Both the position numbers and the translations under genes were made by a program. Under the pieces are notes generated by a model, which did no database searches, was not told where the DNA came from, and saw only the letters and a list, made by a program, of their open reading frames with translations. This document shows positions 15,910 to 27,900 of a DNA stretch of 32,000 bases, one piece after another (within the stretch, counting starts at the first letter, position 1; each line of letters begins with the position of its first letter). The DNA comes from Nitrosopumilus maritimus SCM1 (GTDB lineage Archaea > Thermoproteota > Nitrososphaeria > Nitrososphaerales > Nitrosopumilaceae). Location of the stretch: positions 930,001 to 962,000 of the forward strand of contig NC_010085.1 in NCBI RefSeq assembly GCF_000018465.1, in the 5' to 3' direction.

Positions 15910-18900
15910 TTACTTTCTAAAGGATGTTGCAGATATCTGCTTGTCATCATAACTTACTGTCACAGTGTATATTCCCTTCATCCATTCTTCTGCATGGAAT
16001 ACTTGTGTGAGATGATCCATACCAGCAAGAGTTGTAGTGAGTTCGACAGGGGTGTTATCTGGTCTGATAATCACAACATCAAAGGTTTCATCTGAATCTA
16101 TGTTTTCAAATATTCCTTTGACTTCAATCATGATTGGTGCAGATTTACTATCATCAATAGTGTCAGAAGAGATAGATGCACATACATCAGTTGGACAGTC
16201 AAGTGCACTTATCAAACTCTCTGAGGAATGCAATCCTATTGCAAATACCAAGTCTACAACTTCAGTTCCTTCAAAGGATGCTTCAAGATGATATTCTCCT
16301 GGAATCCATGCATCATTAAGTATAGTCTGGAATTGATTTGTAGATGTAACAGTTGTTCTGAGTTCATCTACATCTCCATTTGGAAGTGTCAATTTGAGTT
16401 CAATTAGTTCTCCTTGTATTCCAGGCAAATTAACGGTACCAGATATTTCTAGCATGCTAGATGATTTTGTAATATCAGGTCTAGTAACTGTCAATGAACC
16501 GAGTTCGCTTTCATCTGTAAACTCATTGATTGTTTCAAGATAGTCGGAATCAAGTTCTATGACTTGAGTTGTTACATCTGCAATGAGATATTTTTCTTCT
16601 ACCTTCTTTGCAGGTTCTCCATCAAATGTTATTACATCTTCTTTATCAATCAGCTCAAATGTTTCAGTGGCAAAGTTAGTTCTTTCATCAGATACTGAAA
16701 CTGTGTATTTGCCAAATGGCCATTCAGATTGCTTTAATGGAAGAGAGTATGTTCCCTTTGAGCTAAGTTTGACGTTAAATTCTTGTACAGTTTCATCTGG
16801 GAATTCAACAGATACTTTCACAGAGGAATAACCAGAATTAACAGTTCCATCAATATGTAATGTGTCATCGTATTCGGACAAATCAGTATTAGTCAATATC
16901 AATTCTGGATCAAGTGTTCTGGCAAAGGTTTCAGCACTTTCCACGACAGTCTCTTGAGCAGTAAATGTTGGGATTATCTTACCAGCATCTGCTCTGAGGA
17001 AAGCAGTGGCTACAGATTTGGAAGATGTTCCAAAGGATATTACATAATTACCGTCATCTAGTTGGCCAGATTCATAAATCATAGTAAAGTCTCCAGCATT
17101 GTTTGAAGAGGTCTTGATGTTTTCTATGCTTCCATCTGGTTTAGTAATGTCTATCAATACAGCTTGACGTGTATCTACACCTTCAACAGTTCCAAATAGT
17201 TTGATAAAGCCATTTGTAGAAAGATCTGCACCAAGTAAACCGTCAGAGTTTGCAGAGACAATTTGTCTTGCAGTATGATGAGTTGGCATTGTAGGTCTTT
17301 CGTAGACTCTAGCATCAACAATAGGATCACCAGATACTTCTACCAATACTGTACCAGCATAATCTTCTTCTAGTAGATCATATGTTGTGTAATATCCAGA
17401 GTCTTCAATTATTGCAGAATAAGAACTGCCTTCAAAGATGAAGACACTCTTAAAGTTGTCATCAAATCCTCCAACTGGATCACCACTGATTATGGTTCTG
17501 ACTGCAGGATCAGTATTGGTCCATGTAATTTCATTATCACTTATGCCAACACGGAATGGCAAATAGCAGTATTCATCACAATCCTGTGCAGTTGATTCTA
17601 CCAAGTAGAAGGAAGAGTCACTAACAACAGAGGTTTTAATTTCTTCATCAAGTGTTGTTTCAGCAGGATCAATTACTTCTAATGCATTGTAAGCAACTAC
17701 CTCACCAATAGATCTATGGTTATTCCATGCATTGATGTTGATATTTGATGTCTCAAGTTCCTTTTCAAAGGTTAGATCAAACAATACCCATAGCAAATCA
17801 TCTTCAATTTGTGTAGATACATTAACACCACTCATCAATCCATGAGGATCAACTACTAGAACATCTTCCTTGCCGTCATGATCTTTACTCCACTCAATAT
17901 AGGTATCACTATGTTCAGTTTCATATTGTTCACCAAACATGTTAAGATACAGGCCAGTGTGTTGTACTGCTTCAGGGCCACCATAATTGAACACTCTAGC
18001 AGCAATCTGAGATGGTTTTCCAGCCTCAAGTGTGGTAGTAACAGGAGAGTTGCTATATTCTGGGAATGGGACATAGTTTCCAGTCTTTTGGTAAACTATC
18101 TTTCCTTCATTATCTATACTTGGAGAGCCAAATGAGTATAATGAAGCACCAGTGATTATTGGAGGTGCTGCAGCATTACCGCCAGCAGCTCCAGCAGTAG
18201 CAAGACCTGCAGAGCCAACTGCAAACTTGGAGAGAACTGTGTTTACACCATATGTTGAGAAGTGTTCAAGTGTTACAATGTATGCTGATTCTGTAAGAGT
18301 GTCACCTGCAGGATATCTATCAACAGTGATTCCATCAAAGACAGTATTGTTGTTATCATCGATAAAGTAAACTTGGACATCTGGTGCAATAATGTCATCA
18401 GTAGGATCTGCTGTTGCAGCAGTTGCAGAGTTTTCAGGAATTGTTGGGTGTGCAGAGCCCTCTACAGGTCCCATCAAAATTGTTAATTGAATTGTTTCAA
18501 ATGAGTGAATTTCTTCAGATGAGTTGCCCTCTCCAACTGCAACAGATTTACCAGTAGATGCAGGACTGTTACCTACAGAGTTTACAGCAACAACTCTGAA
18601 CTCATATGTGACATCATTTGTAAGACCAGTTACAGTTGCAGTAGTACTAGTACTAACACCATCAGCAAATGTTACAAATTGTCCGCTTCCAGCCTCACTG
18701 TATCTTACAAGATAATCAGTAATTGCAGAGCCTCCATCAGAAAGTGGTTTTGACCAACTTAATACTACTTGTCCATCTTGAGGATCTGTCACAAGTGAAC
18801 GTGGGGCAGTTGGAATAGTCGTTGGAGTAACGGACTTTACTGAAGATGCTGGACCTGGTCCAATTGTGTTTTCAGCGTATACTCTAATTTGGTATTCAGT

Positions 18901-21900
18901 ACCAAGGACAATGTTAGATGATTTTACAGTAGCAGAAGTTACTGCACTAGCATCACGTTTGAGAGTGTTCCATTTGCTTCCGCCATTATCACTCCATTGT
19001 ATCAAATAGTTGACGATTGGAGTTCCACCGTTACTTGTAGGAGCAACCCAGTCAATTACAATCTTCTTGCCTTCTGCTTCCAGAGTCAAGTTTCTAGGAG
19101 CACCAGGTACAGACAATGTTGTAGCAAAGATAGCGCCAGAGGCACTATTTGAATCTCCATCAGGTACAGCGTCAGTAAGTGTAATTACTCTATAAGAGTA
19201 CGTAGTTCCAGGAATAAGATTAGTATCAGACCAAGAATTGACAGTACCTAAAGTTCCAGATGGGGCATCACTCCATACAGAGTTTGTGGTAGGTTTGCCA
19301 ATTGTCTTTTGAATCTTGTAACCTGTTATTGTAGAGCCTCCGTTATCCAGAGGAGTCTTCCAAGATAGATTAATTTGGTTTTGTGATGGAGCAGTTATAG
19401 TCAATCCCCATGGTCTTTCTGGCACAGTTACTGGAATTTCACTAGATACAAGGGAGGGGTGTAAGAATCCAACTTCATTAACTGCAAATACTCTGAATTT
19501 GTAATTCTGTCCATTTGTAAGACCAGTTACATCTACAGTACGTTCAGTAATTGGTTCCTCGTTAAAGGTCTTCCAGAAGTTAGTGTCAATTGCATAGTGT
19601 ACGACATAACCAGTAATTATAGAGCCACCGTTATCAGCAGTAATTCCACCATCAGTAGATGGAATATCCCATGCAAGTGTAACCTGAGCATTACCAGGAG
19701 TTGTTTGTAGATTTCGTGGAGGTCCTGGAACATCTAGTGGAGTTGCACTTGCAACATCAGATGCAGTGCCAGTTCCCTTTGCGTTGATTGCAGAGATACG
19801 GTAATAGTAGGTTTGACCGTTTTCTAGAGAGTTATCAGTATAATCAGTACATTGGCAAGTGGTAGTTTCTAGTACAGTCCAGGTATTGTTGTCTGTACTT
19901 TGTTCAATCTTGTATCCAGAAATATCTGCACCTCCATCACTATCAGGTGCACTCCATGTCAACTCTACCTTACCTGCACTTGCTGTTGCAACAACAGATG
20001 TAACTTGTCCAGGTACAGAAGCATCTGTTTCCACATCTTCAACAAAGTCTAACTCGAATTTGAGATACATCTTTGCTTCTTGTGTAACTCCAGTTGGAGC
20101 ATCCTTTGTGAATGTTGAAGTCATGGCAATTTCACTTAGAGTATTCTTTGGTTTGATCTTAAGACCAGCCAGTTTGCCACCATTTTCTAATGTGTCTTCA
20201 GCATTGTGTGGCAAGAATACATCTTGGCCAGAAGGTATCTCTTGGATATTATATGCTGCTGTTGCACCTGCAACAGAGGGTTTTGCTTGAACAATTGAAG
20301 ACGTCAAACCTGCGCCAAATTCATTGACAGCTGAAACTCTGAATTGGTAAATCTTGCTATTTGTAAGAGAGTCAACAGTTGCTTGTGGTTTTATACGCTC
20401 AGCATCAGCATATACAGACCAATTAGTATCTGTTGCTAGCTTGTATTCTATCTTGTAATCAGTAATTGGGCTTCCTCCATCATTTACTGGTGCAGTCCAT
20501 GAAAGACGAACTTTTTTCTTCTTTGCATCAGCTTCAAGGTCAAGTGGGGCACTTGGTAGACCATATGTTGTTCCACGGACAATTTGAGATGGGTCACTAG
20601 TACCAGCAGCAGTGATTGTAGATACACGGTATGAGTATGAAGTGTTATCATTAAGTCCTGAATCAGTATAGATAGTCTCATCAGAGTCAGTATTTTCTAC
20701 AATTGTAGTAAACTCTGCACCAGTAGAACGTCGTTCTATCTCATATCCTAGAACAGGTAATCCTGAGGTGTCCTCTGGATCAATCCAGGTTAAGGTAAGC
20801 TGTCCTCTATCAGCAAATACCTGTAGTGATGTTGGTTCATCTGGAAGGTCCAGAGTAGTTGTTGACACTTCACCTGAAAAGTCTCCAACTACAGGTTCAC
20901 CACTAGGTAGCAAAGTAATTGCAGCTATTCTGTAAGAGTAATCAGTTCCTGAAAATAGTGAAGTGTCTACAAAACTAGTCAAAGCACTTCCAGTATCATC
21001 TACATATGGATTAAAGAATCCTGAAGAGATACTTCTCTCAATTACATATCCAGATATTTCAGTTGCACCTCCAATGTCTTCAGGGGCATTCCATGTTATT
21101 GTGATGGAATCCAATGCAGGAGTTGCAGAAAGACCAGTAGGTCTGGAAGATTGGGTTGCAGGAACATCACTTGCAGTTTTTGATGGTAGGCCTACACCTG
21201 CAATGTTTTCAGCAGAAACTCTGAATTTGTATTCCTGTCCATTTGTAAGACCTGTTACTGTAGCAGTTGGGTCAGCACTTGTTCCATCATCAAACACATT
21301 CCAATTTGCACCATTATCAGAGGAATATTCAATTACATAGTTAGTGATTTCTTCACCACCATTATTTACTGGAGCACTCCACAACAGGGTTACTTGGCTG
21401 TCACCAAATTGGGTGGTAAGATCAAATGGCTTACCAGGTATAGTAAATGCACTTACAGGTATTGGAGAAGTTGAGTTACTGATACCGCCAGCATTTGCAG
21501 CAGATACACGAATCAAGTAGACTTTACCATTTACCATGCCATCTTTAGAGAAGGATGGAACGTTATCGTCCTTTTCTTCAACAATTAACCATTCTTCTCC
21601 ATCATTAAGAGAGAATTCTAGTAGATATCTATCAACAGTTCCTGTTGATTCATCCCATGTAATGTCAACTCGTCTATCACTACCAATGTAGGAGAGGTTT
21701 GTTGGAGTACCAGGTGGATCTGGCAACACAATCTCCTCAAAGGTTTCATCACCTTCAACTTCTATGATAGCACCAGGAACAGCCCAAATCTGACCAGATT
21801 TTAGTTCTTTTGGAACTTGATATTTAGTAAGTCCGAATTTCTCTGCAAGATCTTTTGGTTTGTCAAGTTCTGCATCAGTTACATTAGTGTTAAAGACCTG

Positions 21901-24900
21901 ATTCTGATTGAAAGTACGATCAAAGAAGCTAAACTTGTCAGCATCTACCAAGCTGGAAGATGGTGGAATAAAGTTTCCTTCCTGTAATCCAAGGCCGAGT
22001 TGTTTTTGGATTGTTTCCTCATCTGGAATATCTGGATTTTCTACAAATATAGAGTCCTCTTCCTCATCTGTTTCTGCGTGTGGGACGACTACTACAGTGT
22101 TTGTAGAACGTGCAGGACCGGCTTCGTTAACTGGTGCAATTTCAAATACATACTTTTTATCATTTTCAAGTCCAGTAATAACTAGACTAGTGATACCTTG
22201 TAGTTTGTTTATCTCCTCTTCGGTCAAACCTAACTCATCAAAGTCAACGAAATCAAATTCATCAAAGTCAATGTCCTCTAATCCATCTATATCATCCATC
22301 GTCAAGTCATCGAAACCGTAGATGATTTGGTTCTGATTAAATTGTTCGAGAACTACTGAGGTACCAGATACTACTTGACGTTGTACTTGGTAACCAGTAA
22401 TTGGAGAACCGTTATCAGCTGCAGGAGTATTCCATCTCAATTCTGCTGCTGCATCAAATGGTGTTCCGATTATGGTGTCCTGGAATACAGGTCTATCAAA
22501 CATTGGAATACATGCACCGCCAGCATTTGCAGCAGAATTAGAGCCACCACCATTTACCAAACATACAGGATCAGTTGGAATACTAGAGCCGACAGTTGTG
22601 ATTGCACGTACTCTAAAGTAATAGTATAATCCATTTTCAAGATCATCTAATTCAACTGAAGTAGATTCAGTAATTACGTTGGTCTTGCTTGTAAAGTCAG
22701 CAATCTCTGGTGGAACAAAGAATGGACTTGTAGTATATTCTAATACATAGTGAGAGATTGGTGAGCCACCATCACTTGGTGGGTTAAACCAGATAGCTAA
22801 AACATCTGGGTCACCACGAGTAGCAGACAAACCAGTTGGAGCATCAGGTGCTGTAGCTGGTGTTGCGATTGCAGAGTCAGATGGAGGTCCTTGTCCTGCC
22901 AAGTTTTCAGCAGAAACTCTGAATGTAAATGAATTACCTATACCTAAACCAGTGATAGTAGTACTTGTTTCACTGGCAGAAACAGTTGCAGTTAGAGTAT
23001 TTGCAACAGTAAATATGCCATCAGTAGCATCAGTATATTCTACAACGTATTGTGTGATTGAACGGCCGTTATCATTAGGTACACCCCAGCTTAACTTTGC
23101 CTCTCCAGGTCCACGATTTGCAGTTAGATTAGATGGTGCATCAGGTACGGTATATGGTGTAGCAGTTACAGTAACAGATGGCAAACTAGTATCAATTACA
23201 GTTACTGCAATAACACGGAAAGTGTACTCTTGGTCATTTGTAAGTCCGGTTACATCTACAGATGTTTGAGGTGGTTCAGTTGAAGTACCAAATACAGATA
23301 TTTCTGGAGTTGTCTCATCAAATGTACCATCAGTGCTGTATTGAATTCTATATTCTGTTATTAATGAGCCACCATCGTTTGGTGCAGACCAAGACAAATC
23401 AACATGAGCATTTCCTGGAGTTGCAGATGGGCTAAGAGGTGCACCAGGGGCATCCAAAGTAGTTACTGAGGTTCTGCTTGATGGGTCACTTTGTACAGTA
23501 TCAGCACCCTCTAAGGAGAGTAATGCAGATACTTGGTACTTGTAAGTAGTACCAGGTAGTAATCCAGTATCAGTAAAGTCTAGTTTTGTTGGATCATTAA
23601 TTGTAAATGTTTCAAGTACATTGCCATTGGCGTCTAATCTTTCAAGTACAAATCCTTCTAGGGTTCTGTCACCCAATTCTTGTGGAGGACTCCAAGATAC
23701 AAAGACTTCGGTGTCAGAGATTGCATCAGCAAATAGACCTACAGGAGAAGATGAACCAAGAGATGGTACTCCAATTACAGGTCCGGCAGGTCCACTAGAA
23801 CCAACACCGTTAATTGCAGTTACTTGAACATGAATTGGCACGTCATTTTCAAGACCAGAGATAGTAACCATGAGGTTGGTTAGATCAGTTACTGTAACAG
23901 ATGGGGTACTGGCATCAAATGTGCCATCGGTGCTGTACTGCACAAGGTAAGATGTAATTGCAGAGCCACCGTTGTTAGTTGGTTTTGTCCAAGTTACATC
24001 AAGCTTTGTATCACCTGGGATTACAACTAGTTTCTTTGGTGGTGTTGGAATAGTGGCAGGTTTTCCAGGAACTACATCAGATGCTGGACCTGGATTTACA
24101 GAGTTTATTGCAGTAACACGGAACTCATATGTAACACCATTTGTAAGATTTGGAATTACTATTCCTTGAGTTGTTGTACTGACTCCATCATCATATACAT
24201 CCCAATCCTGACCAGCAATTCTAATTTCAATCTTGTAATCGGTAATTGAATCACCGCCATTTGATTCTGGAACATTCCAAGATAATGTTGCCTGGTTATT
24301 GCCAGCTATGACAACTAGGTCTCTAGGTGCAGTTGGGGTAGTAGCTGGAGTTGCAGATACAGTATCACTTGCTGGTCCAAAGTCAGTTATAGCAGTGTTC
24401 TTTGCAGTAATTCTAAATTGGTATTGATCACCATTAGTTAGACCATCAACAGTTACGCTGGTCTGGGTTGCTGGCAAATCATCACCAAACTTTATCCAGG
24501 TAGACTGTCCAGGTGGGAGATATTCTACCATGTAGGCAGATAGTGGAGCGCCACCCAAGTCTTCTGGAACATTCCAAGTTAGATGTACTGAAGTATTATC
24601 TCGTGTTGCCTCCAAGTCACGTGGGGCAGAAGGCAAGGTAGCTGGAGTTGTTGCTCTGAATTCAGATGGCTCACCAATTCCGGCTATGTTGACACCAGAT
24701 ATTCTAAAGAAGTATTGGAATCCGTTAATCAAGTCAGTAACAGTTACAGCAGTTGAATTTGCGGGAGTTACGTTATCTGGGAATACAATCCATTCTGAAG
24801 TATCAAGACTGTACTCAACAATGTAATCATCTATCTCATCACCACCATCATCAGTTGGAACTGCCCATTCAAGGGATACTAGTTGGTTAGCAAAGTCTAA

Positions 24901-27900
24901 CTGAAGTGCATCAGGTGCACCAGGAGTGGTTGCAGGCTTTGCAGATGCAGTTGCAGGATCACTTTGACCCACTTCATTGACTGCAATGACTCTAAAGTCA
25001 TACACTTCACCATTTGTCAAATCAGTAACAGTAACAGTAGTTGATGTGTCAGAGCCATCTGCAAATGTGGTAAATGGTGTATCTTCAGAAGCACTTTGCA
25101 ATCTGTATTGTATTACAAAGTCATCTACAGATTCACCACCATTATCAGATGGAATTGAAAATGTCAAAGTTACAAGTGCATTACCGAATTGAGCACTAAG
25201 TGGAGTTGGAGCTCCAGGAATAGTTGCAGGAGTAAATGTAACTACATTAGATGATGCACTGTATCCAATACTGGTTTTTGCAAATATTCTAAAGTCATAT
25301 GCTACACCATTTGCTAATCCCTCTATAGTGTGACTTACAGCATCAGCAGATACGGTAATTGATGTAACAGATGAATTTCCATTACCATCGTCATCATCGT
25401 CGTCATCATCGTCGTCATCATCGTCATTTGTTCTTACAATTGGAGTATCTGAAGTAAATTCATCAGCAGTGTATTCAATTACAAATTCTTGAATTGCAAA
25501 TCCGCCGGTATCTCCTTGCGTCCATGTTAGAGTGACTTCAGTGTTTCCGCGACTTCCATCAAGCACTGGTGCATCTGGTAATGCAAATGGGGTTGCAGTT
25601 ACTGGGGCAGTTGGGTCACTAGAACCTGCATCAGTAATTGCAGTTATTCTAAATGAGTACTCCTGTCCGTTTTGCAAGTCATCAACATTGTATACCAAGT
25701 TAGAGGTAGTTGGAGCAGGATCTTCAATTAATGTGGTAAATCCATCAGTAGAAGTTTCAATGCGATATACTAGGTTGTTTCCACCGTTTGCATCAGATGC
25801 AAGCCATGTAAGATTGACTAGCTCATCATCAGCAATTACTGTACTAATTACTGGTGTGGATGGATCTCCTGCTGGAACTGCTGCAGAATCAGCAGTTACT
25901 GCAGAGTAATCTCCTGCAGCAATTTCGTTTACTGCTTGTACTCTGAATGTATATTCAACACCGTTTGTAAGACCAGTCACAGTTGTAAATCTGTCAGTGC
26001 TTTCTTCTGGTTCAACGAATGGTGTATAGATAAGGTTCAATTCAGCTGATGCATATTCAACTAGGTAATCACGTATTGCAGAACCGCCATCATCTGCTGG
26101 AAGATCCCATGTTAATGAAACTTCGGTGTCACCTCTAGTAGCAACTACATTGAGTGGAGCACTTGGGGTGGTTGCAGGAATTCCTGTTGCAACATCAGAA
26201 GGCAAACTTGTGCCAACAGTAGAAATTGCATATACTCTAAACTCGTATTCTTCACCGTTTTCAAGTCCAATGACTGTTACATCAAGGGCGCCATCAGCTG
26301 GAGGTACTGGGGATAATTGCCATGTATTATCAGTGGTTAGTTTGTATTCTACAGTGTAAGAGGTTACTGGAGAGCCGCCGTTATCTGTTGGAGCGGTCCA
26401 AACAATTTCAAGTTCATTATTACCTACATTAACTTCAGTAATTGTTGGTTTGTCAGGTACGTTGAATGTGGTATCACTTGCAGGTTGTGATGAAGAGCCA
26501 GTACCAGCACCAGTTATTGCAGATATTCTGTATGTGTAGGTGGTACCAAGTTCTAATCCAGTATCATTGAATGTTGTATCATCAGTAGATGGAGGTACAG
26601 AAACAGAAGTTGTTGTAACAGTTGCAAAGTTTCCATCACCATCATGTCTTTCAATTAGATAACCAGTAATTCCTAGACCGCCAGTGTTTACTGGTGCAAG
26701 CCATGTAAGATCAATTTCAGTACCAGAGATTGCTTCTGCTTCAAGGTCTGTTGGAACATCAGGTTTTGCTGCAGGGATTACAGTTTCAGGTGCAGAGTCA
26801 GGACCAGAACCAACATCGTTTCTAGCAGAGATGGTAAAGGTGTAAGAGACACCATTGTCAAGTCCATCAATTAGTCGGGTAAATGGAGTGTTTGGAACAA
26901 CTAGAGTGTCAGTTCCAAGAGATGAAGTGATTGTAATAGTGTAATCAAGTACATCAGAACCGCCATCTTCTGTTGGTCCGGTCCAAGTTAGTGTGACTTG
27001 TCCATCACCAAATGTTGCAGAGGTAATTGTTGGGGCATCTGGGAATGTGGCTGGAGTTGCAGTGACTATATCAGATGGATCACTTTGTCCAACAGAGTTG
27101 ATTGCTATAATTCTAAATGAGTATTCTTCGCCATTCTCTAGTCCATCAATGGTTGTAGATAGTTCAGTAAGGTCAGCTGTTGCCAAAGTTACAGATGGAG
27201 TAGTGTTATCAAATGTACCATCATCAGAGTATTGTACCAAGTATGCAGTTATTGCCGCACCGTTGTTTGCAGGTTCAGTCCATGAAAGGTCTACCTGAGT
27301 ATTGCCGCGGTCTGCAGAGGTAATTTCGGGTTTATCTGGAACATCAAATGTGGTGTCACTGTCAGTACCAGATGCAATACCTGGTCCAAGTTGAGTTACT
27401 GCAGATACTCTGTATGTGTATGTGGTTCCTTGGGATAGTCCGGTGTCAGTAAATGTAGTGTCAGTTGGTAGTGGAGGTAAGGATACAGATAGGGTTGTAA
27501 CGTCATCAAAGTTACCATCACCATCATGACGTTCTATCAAGTAACCAGTGATTGCAAATCCACCAGTATTTTGTGGAGCAATCCATGAGAGTGTAATTTC
27601 AGTACCAGAGATTGCAGTAGCTGAAAGTGCGGTTGGGGCATTTGAAGCAGTTGCAGGAGTTGCAGTTGCAACATCAGATACATCACCAACACCTACATCG
27701 TTTTCAGCAGATACTCTAAACTCATAAGTTTGTCCGTTTGTAAGACCAGTGATTATTGCAGATAAGTTAGTGTTAACGCCACCAAGGCCTTCATCAAATG
27801 TTTGCCATGAAGCTTCTGGTGTTTGGGATGCAAGTCTAAACTCTAAGATATAATCAAAGATGTCTTCTCCACCAGAAATTTCTGGTTCTAACCATGTAAG

